Notes under the pieces: model-generated | Seen by the model: the letters and a program-made list of their open reading frames with translations, nothing else | Told to the model about the DNA's origin: nothing | The model's database searches: none | Made by a program: the position numbers and the translations under genes | IMG/VR virus record: IMGVR_UViG_3300020050_008099 | Direction: 5' to 3' (one strand) | Origin: an uncultured virus (IMG/VR IMGVR_UViG_3300020050_008099) | Lineage: Duplodnaviria; Heunggongvirae; Uroviricota; Caudoviricetes | DNA: 64,000 nt | Shown here: positions 16,942-27,035 of the stretch, piece after piece | Position numbering within the stretch: the stretch's first letter is position 1 | Layout of the letters: each line of letters begins with the position of its first letter

Positions 16942-18290
16942 TGCCTGTTTTTGATATTGAAGGTGACAGCCTTACACCGACAAAAATCCATGTCCTTTCG
17001 TATCAAGATCAAGATAAAGTAGTCAGCCTCACCGATTACGACAGTATTCGTGAGTGGATTTCTAAACAAAAAGTGCTAATTGGGCATAACATTGTTATGT
17101 TTGATATACCTGTGTTAGAACGCTTGCTTGGCATTAAGATTAAAGCCAAATTAATTGACACCCTTTTTCTTGCTTGGTATCTGTATCCAGAACGGTCTCG
17201 TTACGGTCTAGAGTGGTTTGGCGAGGATTATGGGATTCCCAAACCTAAGGTTGAGGATTGGCAAAACCTACCTTTAGAAGTCTATGTCAACCGTTGTGAG
17301 CAAGATGTTCTGATTAACCAAAAACTTTGGGTTGATCAAGAAGCTTACCTGCAAAGACTTTACCAAGTTAAAGAAGTTGAGAATCTTCCTATCATCTCGT
17401 ATCTAATGTTCAAAGCTGATTGTGCAAGAGAACAGGAACAAAGACGTTGGAAGCTTGATGTTGACTGGTGCAGTAGTGCGTTAGCTAAGTTAGAGGCCCA
17501 GCAAAACCCTTTGTTGGAAAAATTAGCAGCGGTTATGCCAGACGTTGTGAAGTGGGTGGAAAAAGTTCCCCCAGCAAAACCTTATAAAAAAGACGGAACC
17601 TTGTCTGTTGAAGGTGCAAAATGGAGGGCGTATTTAAGAGCTTTAGACCTTCCCCCAAATCACCAATCTTCCATTAAAATTAAGGGGAAGGTAGAACCTC
17701 CGAACCCCGGAAGTCCAGAGCAAGTAAAAGACTGGCTTTTCTCTTTAGGTTGGGAACCAGAAACATTTAAGTTTATAAAGGAAGACGATGGAACAGAGAG
17801 AAAAATCCCTCAGGTTAAAATACCTAATTCTCCCGATCTTTGTCCTTCTGTTTTACGTCTTGCAGAAGACCAGCCAGAGGTCGAATCGTTGGTTACCCTC
17901 TCGGTCCTTAAACATCGAATTGGTCTCCTTAAAGGATTCCTCAAAAACATGGATGATGAGGGGTTTCTAAAAGCTCGTGTACAGGGGCTAACAAATACCC
18001 TTCGTTTCAAACATACAGAAATTGTTAACCTACCCGGTGTTGGAAAACCTTGGGGGGAAGAGATTCGAGGTTGTTTGATAGCGAGGGATGGGTATGAACT
18101 AGTAGGAACAGACGCTGTTTCTCTAGAAGATACTACAAAAAGACATTTCATGTATTTCCATGATCCAGATTATGTTAATGAAATGTCTGACCCAACCTTT
18201 GATCCACACCTCTCGATTGCAGTGTTTAGTGGGGCTATTAGTAAAGCGGAGTATAATTTTTATTCATGGTATCAAAAGAAGAACTCTTAG
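16941..18290 (+). CDS. Family A DNA polymerase, N-terminal fragment (3'-5' exonuclease to motif A)
   Basis: FDIE, GHNIVMFD, NPGS.EQV, TNTLR, DAVSLE, DPH. Confidence 0.9.
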   Translation: MPVFDIEGDSLTPTKIHVLSYQDQDKVVSLTDYDSIREWISKQKVLIGHNIVMFDIPVLERLLGIKIKAKLIDTLFLAWYLYPERSRYGLEWFGEDYGIPKPKVEDWQNLPLEVYVNRCEQDVLINQKLWVDQEAYLQRLYQVKEVENLPIISYLMFKADCAREQEQRRWKLDVDWCSSALAKLEAQQNPLLEKLAAVMPDVVKWVEKVPPAKPYKKDGTLSVEGAKWRAYLRALDLPPNHQSSIKIKGKVEPPNPGSPEQVKDWLFSLGWEPETFKFIKEDDGTERKIPQVKIPNSPDLCPSVLRLAEDQPEVESLVTLSVLKHRIGLLKGFLKNMDDEGFLKARVQGLTNTLRFKHTEIVNLPGVGKPWGEEIRGCLIARDGYELVGTDAVSLEDTTKRHFMYFHDPDYVNEMSDPTFDPHLSIAVFSGAISKAEYNFYSWYQKKNS

Positions 18291-18772
18291 AACTCTTTGA
18301 ATACAGAGATGGTAAAGTCTTTGGTAAATCTGTTTCTTGGAGACGTAAGGAATCTAATAGCAGAGTTTGCGGGAAGGAGTTGGGAACCGACTTAAAAGGT
18401 GGTTATAAGTCTGTTAATTTTAAAACTAAAGATGGGAAGTTTATGAGGGTCTTGTTGCACAGGTTAATTTGGGCCATGCACTATGATGATTGGCCAGAAC
18501 TAATTGACCATAGAGATCAAAATCCAAAAAATAACCTCATTAGTAATTTGCGATTGGCAGACCGACGTGTTAATATGATCAACACAGGATTGGCCAAAAA
18601 TAACACATCTGGGGTTAAGGGAGTCTATCTAGACAAGTTAGGAGGTTATGTCGCTTATATCAAACCATATAAAAACTCTAAGAGGCTCTCTCTAGGTCGG
18701 TTTAAGACCTTAGAAGAGGCATTTACAGTTAGAAAGTCAGCAGAGGAGAGGTTTTGGGGTGACATTAGATGA
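18266..18772 (+). CDS. HNH-AP2 homing endonuclease inserted in the polymerase gene
   Basis: HRLIW; IDHRDQNPKNNLISNLR; NTSGVKGV; LGRFKTLEEA. Confidence 0.9.
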   Translation: MVSKEELLELFEYRDGKVFGKSVSWRRKESNSRVCGKELGTDLKGGYKSVNFKTKDGKFMRVLLHRLIWAMHYDDWPELIDHRDQNPKNNLISNLRLADRRVNMINTGLAKNNTSGVKGVYLDKLGGYVAYIKPYKNSKRLSLGRFKTLEEAFTVRKSAEERFWGDIR

Positions 18773-19319
18773 CCTGAAATCTCTGCCGGAGGAGGAGCAG
18801 AAAAAACTCTTTAAAAGACTTTCTTCCGTGAGGAAGTCTTACAAGGTGGTTAACTACAGCGGTATTTATGGTGTAGGTGCCCCGAAATTGTCGAGAGAGT
18901 TGAAGTCCTCTGTCAAAGATGCAAAAAATTTATTAGAAGATTACTGGAAACGTAACTGGTCTGTTCGTAAGGTCGCCGAAGAGTGTGTCGTAAAAACTGT
19001 GAACGGTCAGAAGTGGCTTTTCAACCCAGTTTCTAAGTTTTGGTATTCTCTTCGTAATGAAAAAGACAGGTTTTCAACCCTCAATCAAGGCACTGGTGTC
19101 TATTGTTTTGACACTTGGGTTAGAGAGTGTAGAAAACTGAAAATACCACAAACGGCTCAATTCCACGATGAAACCATCTCTGAGGTTCTGAAGGGTGAAG
19201 GCAAGCGAGTTTGTGAACTACAAAAACAAGCTATCAAAATAGTAAATGAAAAACTAAAACTCAATGTCAACCTAGACGTAACCCCTCAAATTGGGCATCG
19301 TTATTCAGACATTCACTAA
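18759..19319 (+). CDS. Family A DNA polymerase, C-terminal fragment (motifs B and C)
   Basis: RKSYKVVNYSGIYGVG; LNQGTG; FHDE. Confidence 0.9.
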   Translation: MTLDDLKSLPEEEQKKLFKRLSSVRKSYKVVNYSGIYGVGAPKLSRELKSSVKDAKNLLEDYWKRNWSVRKVAEECVVKTVNGQKWLFNPVSKFWYSLRNEKDRFSTLNQGTGVYCFDTWVRECRKLKIPQTAQFHDETISEVLKGEGKRVCELQKQAIKIVNEKLKLNVNLDVTPQIGHRYSDIH

Positions 19320-19329
19320 GGTAAAAATA

Positions 19330-20013
19330 ATGTCGTTAAACGCTAATAAACTTCCTAATACCAGTAAATCCACTATTCCCGCTATGGAACCGGGAACTTA
19401 TCCTGCACGTCTCGTGCAAATTATCACTCTTGGTATTCAAAAACAACGCCCCTTTAAGGGTCAAGAAAAGCCCCCGGCCCTGTCTTTCCGGCTCACCTAC
19501 GAATTTTTAGACGAATTTCTTAAAGACGAAGACGGTAATGATCTTGAAGATAAACCGCGTTGGTTGACTGAGGAACTGCCTTTCCTTTCGTTGAAGGCTG
19601 AGAAAGCTAAAAGCACTCAACGTTACTATGCGCTAGACCCGGATGAAAAGTTTAAAGGAGATTGGTCGCAACTGATTGGTGCCCCTTGTATGGTCACTGT
19701 AACCAACTACGAGAACTCCCAAGGTGATACCAAGGATAGTGTAGCCTCCGTTTCTGCTATGCGCCCTAAAGAGGCTGCTAAAGCCCCTGAACTGAAGAAC
19801 CCCTCTTTGGTTTTTGATTTTGAAGAGCCGGATAAAGACGTTTTCCTCAACTTTCCTGATTGGCTTCAAGACAAGATTAAAGAGGCTGTTAATTTTGAGG
19901 GTTCTCAACTTCAAGCCCTGCTTGTTGGTAAAGAACGTAGCAAGAAAATTTCGGCCCCAAAACCCGTCCCTCAAGAAGACGTAGAAGACACTGACGAAGA
20001 AGAGAACTGGTAA
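19330..20013 (+). CDS. Probable single-stranded DNA-binding protein
   Basis: PGTYPARL...LGIQ; acidic aromatic C-terminus EDTDEEENW; follows the polymerase. Confidence 0.7.
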   Translation: MSLNANKLPNTSKSTIPAMEPGTYPARLVQIITLGIQKQRPFKGQEKPPALSFRLTYEFLDEFLKDEDGNDLEDKPRWLTEELPFLSLKAEKAKSTQRYYALDPDEKFKGDWSQLIGAPCMVTVTNYENSQGDTKDSVASVSAMRPKEAAKAPELKNPSLVFDFEEPDKDVFLNFPDWLQDKIKEAVNFEGSQLQALLVGKERSKKISAPKPVPQEDVEDTDEEENW

Positions 20014-20676
20014 ATGAAACAGTATGTAATTCCTGACATTCATGGTCACTATGACCTCCTAAGAAAAGCTCTTGATTGGGTTGAGTCTCAAGAAAATGGT
20101 GAGGTGATCTTTTTAGGGGATTACATTGATCGTGGCCCAAAGAATAAAGAGGTGGTGGACTTGCTTATGGCAGGTCCACCAGAGGGCTGGCAATGGCTCT
20201 TGTTAAAGGGCAACCACGAAGACATGGCAATTGAGGCTTATCGAGGTGGTAAGTCTGAAGTGTCTATGTGGACTATGAATGGTGGCAGAGAAACCCTTAA
20301 AAGCTTTAATTGCCAAAGACTGCCCTTGGAAGTTATTAACTTCTTTGAAGACCTCCCCCGCTACCATACAGACAATTACAGATTTTTTACACACGCTGCT
20401 GGTAGCAATAAATATCCTATCGGGGCACAACCAGAATTTGTTACACAGTGGATGAGGTTTAAAGATGACGAAGACTTTTTAATTCATGGTCGTTATGTTG
20501 TTCATGGACATACCCCAATTAAGGAGCCTTTCGTGGGAAAGGGTAGATGTGATCTTGATATTGGAGGTGTTTGGTCTAATAGGTTAGCTGTTGCTGTTTT
20601 TGACAGCACGGTGGCTGGTCCTCCTTTAAGCGTAGAAATCATCTCTTTAACACAAACTTTGAAGGGTCTCAAATGA
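20014..20676 (+). CDS. Ser/Thr protein phosphatase-like metallophosphoesterase
   Basis: DIHG, GDYIDRG, GNHE, HGHTP. Confidence 0.9.
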   Translation: MKQYVIPDIHGHYDLLRKALDWVESQENGEVIFLGDYIDRGPKNKEVVDLLMAGPPEGWQWLLLKGNHEDMAIEAYRGGKSEVSMWTMNGGRETLKSFNCQRLPLEVINFFEDLPRYHTDNYRFFTHAAGSNKYPIGAQPEFVTQWMRFKDDEDFLIHGRYVVHGHTPIKEPFVGKGRCDLDIGGVWSNRLAVAVFDSTVAGPPLSVEIISLTQTLKGLK

Positions 20677-20885
20677 AAACTTGTCGTTCTTGTAAGCACT
20701 ATAAACCAAATCGTTGGATTTTCAATCTTTGGGGGTTGATTAAGGATTCTGATTACCATGAATTTGCTCAGTGCAAGATTCCGGGTCCAGATAACCAACT
20801 ATCTTTTTGTTCTGTTCAAAGGTCAAGAAATTTGCAAGTTGAGTTTCTTTGCGGGTTTTCTGGTAAAAATTGGGAGGCAAAATGA
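20673..20885 (+). CDS. Small Cys-rich protein
   Basis: CRSCKH...C...C...C. Confidence 0.6.
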   Translation: MKTCRSCKHYKPNRWIFNLWGLIKDSDYHEFAQCKIPGPDNQLSFCSVQRSRNLQVEFLCGFSGKNWEAK

Positions 20886-21070
20886 TCTGTTACAAAGATA
20901 AAACATTCTGTAGTTCTGATTGTGTAAATGTGGGGTGTCATAGATACTTTTCCGAAGAAGAGCGTGAAAATGCTAAAAAATGGTGGAAGCATGATCCAGA
21001 TAATGCTCCTGTAGCTTTTTCAGATTTTTCTAAGGGTTGTCCGGGTTACACATTAGGTTGGGGAGTTTAA
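20882..21070 (+). CDS. Small Cys-rich protein
   Basis: MICYKDKTFC...C...CHR; GGAGG RBS. Confidence 0.65.
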   Translation: MICYKDKTFCSSDCVNVGCHRYFSEEERENAKKWWKHDPDNAPVAFSDFSKGCPGYTLGWGV

Positions 21071-21936
21071 TGAGACCACTTATTGATGCAGATGTAATTT
21101 TATACGAAATTGGCTTTTCTTCACAACAAATCGTAGAAGAAAAAGTTGTGCCAAATTCTTGGGAGTTTTGCCAAGATTTACTAGAAAAACGTATCAGTCT
21201 TATTTGTGATGAAGTCCAAGCTACAGAAGAGCCTCTGTTATTCTTAACAAACACCCCCGCAATTAACAAGTCGTTGAACAAAAAACGGAAGTATAACGAA
21301 GAACCTGTAAAAGAGTATGTAGATAACTTTCGTAATGAAGTTGCTAAGGAGAAAGCTTATAAGGCTGGAAGAAAACCTGATAAACCTTACCACTACAAAA
21401 ATATTAGAGAGTTTATGCTTTCAAACTACGCTACACACATTAACGAAAATGGGCTTGAGGCTGATGATGCTATGTGTATTGAGCAGTTCAAAAGGTGGAA
21501 ACTTGGTCACAATGACACTGTAATCTGTTCTCGTGACAAAGATGTTCGTCAATGTCCCGGTTGGCATTATAGTTGGGAAGTTGGAAAACAACCCTCTATT
21601 GGCCCTATCATGGTGGATGAACTAGGGTGGTTAGAAAAGAAAACTCCCTCTAAGGTTTTCGGGACTGGTAACAAATTCTTCTACTACCAACTGCTGGTTG
21701 GAGATACTGTAGACAATGTTGGGGGTCTTAAAGGCCGAGGGGCAGTGTTTGCTTACAACTTACTGAACGACGCTACATCAGTCAGACAGTGTTATGAACT
21801 TGTTGCAGAGGTTTATGTTAAACATTGGGGGGACTTGTGGAAACCTAAATTCCGGGAACAAGCAGACCTTTTGTGGATGATTCGAGAACTTGACGAAAAA
21901 GGAGAAAAAATTAAGTGGAAACCCCCGCAATTATAA
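21070..21936 (+). CDS. 5'-3' exonuclease (T7 gp6/FEN-like)
   Basis: LIDAD; YKAGR; LEADD; SRDKD; GDTVDNVGG. Confidence 0.9.
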   Translation: MRPLIDADVILYEIGFSSQQIVEEKVVPNSWEFCQDLLEKRISLICDEVQATEEPLLFLTNTPAINKSLNKKRKYNEEPVKEYVDNFRNEVAKEKAYKAGRKPDKPYHYKNIREFMLSNYATHINENGLEADDAMCIEQFKRWKLGHNDTVICSRDKDVRQCPGWHYSWEVGKQPSIGPIMVDELGWLEKKTPSKVFGTGNKFFYYQLLVGDTVDNVGGLKGRGAVFAYNLLNDATSVRQCYELVAEVYVKHWGDLWKPKFREQADLLWMIRELDEKGEKIKWKPPQL

Positions 21937-22493
21937 CACAAAAAGATATTTGGGTTGTGTCTGATACACATTTTAACCATGAAAATGTGTTAAAATTTGT
22001 AGACAACGAGGGACAACTGGTTCGTGATTTCCCCTCTCTAGAAGAAATGAACGAAACTATGATTAATAATTGGAACTCCGTTGTAAAGCCGGGGGACAAG
22101 GTTTACCATTTAGGTGATGTGTTCTTTGGAGAACAGGCTTGGTTTAAAAAGATGTGGCCAAGACTCAAAGGTGCAAAACGATTAATTGTTGGTAACCACG
22201 ATGATATTAAATTCCTCTCTTCTGGTGGGTTTTTCTCAAAAGTCTCAATGTGGAGGATGTTTCCAGAATTTGGGCTTTTACTAACCCACGTTCCAGTGCA
22301 TCCCTCAAATCTCAAAATCCTTGTAGCAGAAGACAACTATAAAGAAGGGGACTGCGGCCAGACCCAGAAAACATTTTTAAACGTACATGGGCATATACAC
22401 CAAAATAACAGCCCAGAGGGGCCTTATAGGAATGTTTGTGTAGAGCAAACAAATTATACACCAATTAACATAGAGGAATTAAGAATTATTTGA
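21915..22493 (+). CDS. Calcineurin-like phosphoesterase
   Basis: SDTHFNH; HLGD; GNHD; THVP; HGHIH. Confidence 0.9.
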   Translation: METPAIITQKDIWVVSDTHFNHENVLKFVDNEGQLVRDFPSLEEMNETMINNWNSVVKPGDKVYHLGDVFFGEQAWFKKMWPRLKGAKRLIVGNHDDIKFLSSGGFFSKVSMWRMFPEFGLLLTHVPVHPSNLKILVAEDNYKEGDCGQTQKTFLNVHGHIHQNNSPEGPYRNVCVEQTNYTPINIEELRII

Positions 22494-22903
22494 GTAAAAT
22501 TCCTAAAACAAGGGCTTCAGGGACTATGACCGAAGCTCAGTTTATCGCTTTCATTAAATCAGCCCTCCGAAGTAAAAGTAGGTTCTGGAAACCTTTATCA
22601 GACACTTTAAAGTCAGCACATGTTAGTCGAGGACATTATCTTTGCAACATGTGCAAACAAGTAGTTACTAAATCTATACACGTTGATGGTAAGCGGGTTA
22701 ATAATGTCTATGTAGACCATATTAACCCAGTTGTCTCTGTCGAAACAGGTTTTACATCTTGGCAGGATTTCATCAACAATCTTTTTTGTGAATCTGATAA
22801 TCTACAAGTGTTATGCCTAGCTTGTCATACACTCAAAACGAAAGAAGAACGCCTCTTAGCAAAGGCCAATAAGGATAAAAATATTGAAAGAACTGCTGTT
22901 TAA
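22490..22903 (+). CDS. HNH endonuclease
   Basis: CNMC; VDHINPV; NLQVLCLACH.KT. Confidence 0.85.
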   Translation: MSKIPKTRASGTMTEAQFIAFIKSALRSKSRFWKPLSDTLKSAHVSRGHYLCNMCKQVVTKSIHVDGKRVNNVYVDHINPVVSVETGFTSWQDFINNLFCESDNLQVLCLACHTLKTKEERLLAKANKDKNIERTAV

Positions 22904-23159
22904 CAATTTTGACGACATTGCACACTATCCACTTAAAATCTACAATCGTGCCGTATTTTTTAGTAATCTTTACGAAGATTCTGGGAAGGTTTTTGCACAA
23001 GATTACGCTAATCAATTCTCTATCAAAGACCGTTTAGCAATGGCTCAGACAATCGCTGCTGTTAAACGTCTTGGTGTTAAGAGGGTGCAAGCTCTTGTAA
23101 CGGAGGGTCTTGAATTCCCAGAGTATCTTGCAACCCCAGACCCGGAGGTGGTTAAGTGA
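22884..23159 (+). CDS. Hypothetical protein
   Basis: ORF in operon. Confidence 0.6.
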   Translation: MKELLFNNFDDIAHYPLKIYNRAVFFSNLYEDSGKVFAQDYANQFSIKDRLAMAQTIAAVKRLGVKRVQALVTEGLEFPEYLATPDPEVVK

Positions 23160-23467
23160 GTGAAGGTAGAAAAGATGATTCTGGTAAGCTTCCCTACCAC
23201 TTAATTGCCCCAGAAGTTTTAGAAGAACTTTCCAAAGTTCTTGAGTTTGGTGCAAAAAAATATGCTCCAAATAACTGGGCGCTTGGAATGGATTGGAGCC
23301 GGGTTTTCTCGGCTCTCCAACGCCACTCATGGGCATGGTGGAGGGGTGAGGACAAAGACCCAGAAACTGGTTTTAGCCATTTAAGTCATGCTCTCTGTTG
23401 CCTAATGTTTCTTTCGGCCTATGAACGCAGAGGAGTTGGTAATGACGACAGACCTGCTAGAGATTAA
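23156..23467 (+). CDS. dATP/dGTP diphosphohydrolase domain protein (DUF5664-like)
   Basis: GRKDDSGK; VLEFGAKKYAPNNW; RH; DPETGFSHLSHA. Confidence 0.85.
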   Translation: MSEGRKDDSGKLPYHLIAPEVLEELSKVLEFGAKKYAPNNWALGMDWSRVFSALQRHSWAWWRGEDKDPETGFSHLSHALCCLMFLSAYERRGVGNDDRPARD

Positions 23468-24035
23468 TAAAGTTGGGATTCTTAAAGATGGAAAAGACAC
23501 TTGGCTAGAGACATTTTCTGGCAAGCGTGTTAGTGTCCTTAATCCTCAACCTGAAGAGATTGATCTTAGTGACGTAGCACATGCCTTAAGCTTTCAGTGT
23601 CGTTACAACGGACATTGTTCGCAGTTTTACTCGGTAGCTAAACATACTGTGTTAGGTGCTGGTTTTATGATTAAGCAAAACTTCCCTAAGAAGAGTGTTA
23701 GGGCGTGGTTACTACATGATGCCACAGAAGCTTATGTGGGTGACTTAATCCGACCTGTTAAGGTTCAACTTGAACAATTTAAAAATCTTGAAGAAATTTT
23801 TGCAAAAATCATTAATGCTAAGTATAATATCTTGCAGGATGAAAAGGTTCTTGGGGATGTTTATTACGTAGATAATGTAATGGTCTCTTGGGAAAAAAGA
23901 GATTTGATGACTAACTCTAATCGGGTTTGGGATGGATTACCTGATATTTCAAAACTCAACCTCTCAAAAATTAAAGAGGAAGACCCGAAAATTTCCAGAT
24001 TAGCTTTAAAGGAGCTGTTCAATGAATTCATTTAA
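23421..24035 (+). CDS. HD-domain 5'-deoxynucleotidase (YfbR-like)
   Basis: AHALS..CRYNGH...FYSVAKH; LLHDATEAYVGD. Confidence 0.88.
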   Translation: MNAEELVMTTDLLEINKVGILKDGKDTWLETFSGKRVSVLNPQPEEIDLSDVAHALSFQCRYNGHCSQFYSVAKHTVLGAGFMIKQNFPKKSVRAWLLHDATEAYVGDLIRPVKVQLEQFKNLEEIFAKIINAKYNILQDEKVLGDVYYVDNVMVSWEKRDLMTNSNRVWDGLPDISKLNLSKIKEEDPKISRLALKELFNEFI

Positions 24036-24678
24036 AGAGTTGAATAAGGCCCTGCGTAATGGGGTTTACTTAGGAGTCCCAACAGAGACTTTTTTGTATG
24101 GCTCCCGTTCAAAACTGAGGTTCTTTTACGCAGCGGAAGAGCCTGATCTTAAAGATAGTGATTGGGATGTCGCAATTCCTGCAAACAGCTTTATCTCTGA
24201 GAGACTCTCCCTTCTAGGTTGGGAAGAGAAGAAAGACTTGGCTTACCAAGATGATTTTACCAAAGAAATTTGGGAAATGAGCTTTGGACCGGAGCTTAAA
24301 GTTCAAATTTCTATGAAAGACGAATTTGACAGATTTTGTCGTGTTTGGGACAATGTGTCGTCAGAATTTTATTGGGAGTTTTTAAACAAACGTTCCAAAA
24401 CCTATATTGGACCTGAGGGTGTCGCTAAGTTGATCAACCATTTCAAATGGATGTCATATATTGGTAAAACACCTATTAAAAAGGCTTTAGTAGTTGATGG
24501 CCCCGGAGTAGCAATTGGCTTTGAACCAGCTTGGGATGTTAATATTCCGCCAGCACAACCTCGTGTTCATATAGATAGAGCAAATGTGGTTAGAAACAGA
24601 TTTGATGATCTTTTCCCGATTGGGGATGTTGTTTTTGATGAAGTTGTGCCTGCCGAAGGAAATGGGGTTGCATTTTGA
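24022..24678 (+). CDS. Putative nucleotidyltransferase (Pol-beta superfamily)
   Basis: LYGSR...DSDWDV. Confidence 0.6.
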   Translation: MNSFKELNKALRNGVYLGVPTETFLYGSRSKLRFFYAAEEPDLKDSDWDVAIPANSFISERLSLLGWEEKKDLAYQDDFTKEIWEMSFGPELKVQISMKDEFDRFCRVWDNVSSEFYWEFLNKRSKTYIGPEGVAKLINHFKWMSYIGKTPIKKALVVDGPGVAIGFEPAWDVNIPPAQPRVHIDRANVVRNRFDDLFPIGDVVFDEVVPAEGNGVAF

Positions 24679-25439
24679 AGATTCTTGTGCTTGATATAGA
24701 AACGGCCCCAAAAATTGCCATGGTTTGGAGATTTTTCAAGGAAAACATCTCACCCAAACAGGTTAAAGATCATGGGCACATCATGTCCTTTGCAGCTAAG
24801 TGGTTAAACGAGCCGGAAATTTTCTACTATGAAAACCGTGAAGATGATGAAGTGGCCATTCTCAAAAACTTACTAACCCTACTTGATAAAGCTGACATGG
24901 TGATTGCTCACAACGGAGAGGAGTTTGATCTTAAACAAATCAGAGCTAGGGCAGTTGTTAATGGTCTTACCCCTCCATCACCAGTTAAGATCATTGACAC
25001 TCTCAAGATTGCTCGTAGAGAGTTTGGGTTCCCCTCAAATTCTTTAGAATACCTTACGATGATCTTTGATTGCCAACATCGTAAAAAGGATCACGCTAAA
25101 TTCCCCGGATTTCTTCTCTGGTCAGAGTGCCTTAAAGGAAATAATGATGCTTGGCGAGAGATGAGGGACTATAACATTCAAGATATTTTAGGTCTTGAAG
25201 AGCTTTATTTGAAATTACGTCCTTGGGACACCAAACACCCTAATGTAACTATTGGGGAAGAGCTTGAAATTCCTATGTGCCCTAAATGTGGTGGTACAGA
25301 TATTCATTGGCGTGGGTATGCTCACACTAACGTAGGTAAGTATAAACGTTTTCGTTGTAACGGCTGTGGGGGTTGGAGTCGTACTCGTTATTCCGTCCAA
25401 AAGAAGAATGAGAACAGACTCGTTCCACAGGTTAACTAA
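24675..25439 (+). CDS. RNase H-like/DnaQ-family exonuclease with C-terminal Zn ribbon
   Basis: LDIET; AHNGEEFD; YNIQD; CPKCG...CNGCG. Confidence 0.85.
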   Translation: MKILVLDIETAPKIAMVWRFFKENISPKQVKDHGHIMSFAAKWLNEPEIFYYENREDDEVAILKNLLTLLDKADMVIAHNGEEFDLKQIRARAVVNGLTPPSPVKIIDTLKIARREFGFPSNSLEYLTMIFDCQHRKKDHAKFPGFLLWSECLKGNNDAWREMRDYNIQDILGLEELYLKLRPWDTKHPNVTIGEELEIPMCPKCGGTDIHWRGYAHTNVGKYKRFRCNGCGGWSRTRYSVQKKNENRLVPQVN

Positions 25440-25628
25440 TGAATACATTTGTAACGATTTTTGTAGTAGTGTTTATAGTGTGGGTATTGCTTAATTGAAA
25501 AAATATAAAAACCTGAATTCTGTCGTGATGATGTACAACGGTATCATAGCCCGATACAGAAAAAACCCAGAAGAAAATCAAGAACTTCTAGAAGAAGCTA
25601 TCCAAAAACTCAAAGAGGAAATTAATAA

Positions 25629-26297
25629 GTGGTGACAATCAATGCTAAATTGATTGCTGTAACTCAACCTGTTATCGGTGTCCCGGCAGCTAATGCCGAG
25701 GCACTGGTAGCCTACTGTGCCAGAGTTAGCAATCCAAAAAATCAAGATAATCCAGACTATGGTAAACTTTTAAACTATTGTATGGAACACAAACATTGGT
25801 CCGTTTTTGAGATGGCTAATGCAGTTGTTGAGGTGGAAGCTCCAAGAGACATCACTCGACAGCTTCTAAGACACCGCAGTTTTTCTTTCCAAGAATTTAG
25901 TCAACGATATTCTGATGAAATTGAAATGACTAATAGGGAGTTCAGACGGCAAGATAGTAAAAATCGCCAAAACAGTATTGACGATTACCAAGAAGAGACT
26001 AAAAACACCCTTCAAGAAAAGCTTTGGTGGATTAAGGAACTCACCCAAGATGTGTATAGACAGTTTCGTAGTGCTGACGTAGCTAAAGAGTGTGCCCGCG
26101 TAGTCCTGCCAGAAGGACTTACAATGTCTCGTCTTTACGTAAATGGCACCCTTCGTAGTTGGCTACACTATTTAGATATTAGAGATGATCCGGGTGTCTC
26201 TCAACACGAACACGTGTTATTGGCCCGCGAAATCAGAAGCTGTCTTGAACCAGCTTTTCCTGCACTGATCAAGGTTAATAATGAGCAAGACAAGTAA
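25629..26297 (+). CDS. thyX: Flavin-dependent thymidylate synthase
   Basis: HWSVFE; QLLRHRSFSFQEFSQRY; KECARVVLP. Confidence 0.95.
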   Translation: MVTINAKLIAVTQPVIGVPAANAEALVAYCARVSNPKNQDNPDYGKLLNYCMEHKHWSVFEMANAVVEVEAPRDITRQLLRHRSFSFQEFSQRYSDEIEMTNREFRRQDSKNRQNSIDDYQEETKNTLQEKLWWIKELTQDVYRQFRSADVAKECARVVLPEGLTMSRLYVNGTLRSWLHYLDIRDDPGVSQHEHVLLAREIRSCLEPAFPALIKVNNEQDK

Positions 26298-26823
26298 TTA
26301 TGAAAAACGTCCTAGGGATTTTTACCCCACCCCTGAAAAAGCTGTCCTACCTCTTAAGGAACATTTACCTGACGGTTTTACCTTTTGTGAACCGTGTGCT
26401 GGCGATGGTGTTTTAGTAACTCATCTAGAGGAACTGTTTAGAGCGGCTTGCTTCGCACCTTTTGATCTTGAACCCCAACAAGATTGGATTACACAAGCAG
26501 ATACTACAAACCTATCATACGACGCGGTTCAACATTGTGATTTTATTATTACAAATCCGCCATTCACTTGGTCTGTTTTAAAACCCATGCTTGATTCTTG
26601 GATTAAGCTTAAGCCTACAGTTTTGCTTTTGCCAGCCGATTTTATGCACAACCTTCGGTTCACCCCCTACTTAGCTTACTGTCATAAGATTGTTTCTATT
26701 GGACGGATTAAGTGGATTGAGGGAAGTAAAACTTCTGGTGTAGAGAATTACGCATGGTATTTTTTCTGGCCTGAAAAAGAGATGATTGAAAACACTAGAT
26801 TTTACGGGAGAGTAAATGGCTGA
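26281..26823 (+). CDS. Small DNA amino-methyltransferase
   Basis: DFYPTP; EPCAGDG; ITNPPF. Confidence 0.85.
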   Translation: MSKTSNYEKRPRDFYPTPEKAVLPLKEHLPDGFTFCEPCAGDGVLVTHLEELFRAACFAPFDLEPQQDWITQADTTNLSYDAVQHCDFIITNPPFTWSVLKPMLDSWIKLKPTVLLLPADFMHNLRFTPYLAYCHKIVSIGRIKWIEGSKTSGVENYAWYFFWPEKEMIENTRFYGRVNG

Positions 26824-27034
26824 AATTATTCAACTAGGTGGTATGGACGAGGAAGATGAAGCTTACAATCAATTCCTCGAAGACTTAAAAAATGATGTTG
26901 TGAGAGCTGTATTCATTGTCGAAAAGAAGGACGGAAGAGTGGCTTTTGGAACCAACTCTACGGATAAACGAGATGTAGTGTATGACTTCTTTGCACTACA
27001 AAATTTTTGTCAACAACTGATCCAAGAGGGATGA
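26816..27034 (+). CDS. Hypothetical protein
   Basis: ORF in operon. Confidence 0.6.
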   Translation: MAEIIQLGGMDEEDEAYNQFLEDLKNDVVRAVFIVEKKDGRVAFGTNSTDKRDVVYDFFALQNFCQQLIQEG

Positions 27035-27035
27035 A

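Noticed and set aside
18266..18772. Group I intron or intein in the DNA polymerase
   Set aside because: No intron core motifs or non-coding flanks; the HNH is in a different frame and has no intein termini.
23156..24035. 2-aminoadenine (Z) genome pathway
   Set aside because: DatZ- and MazZ-like functions are suggested, but no PurZ homologue is present.
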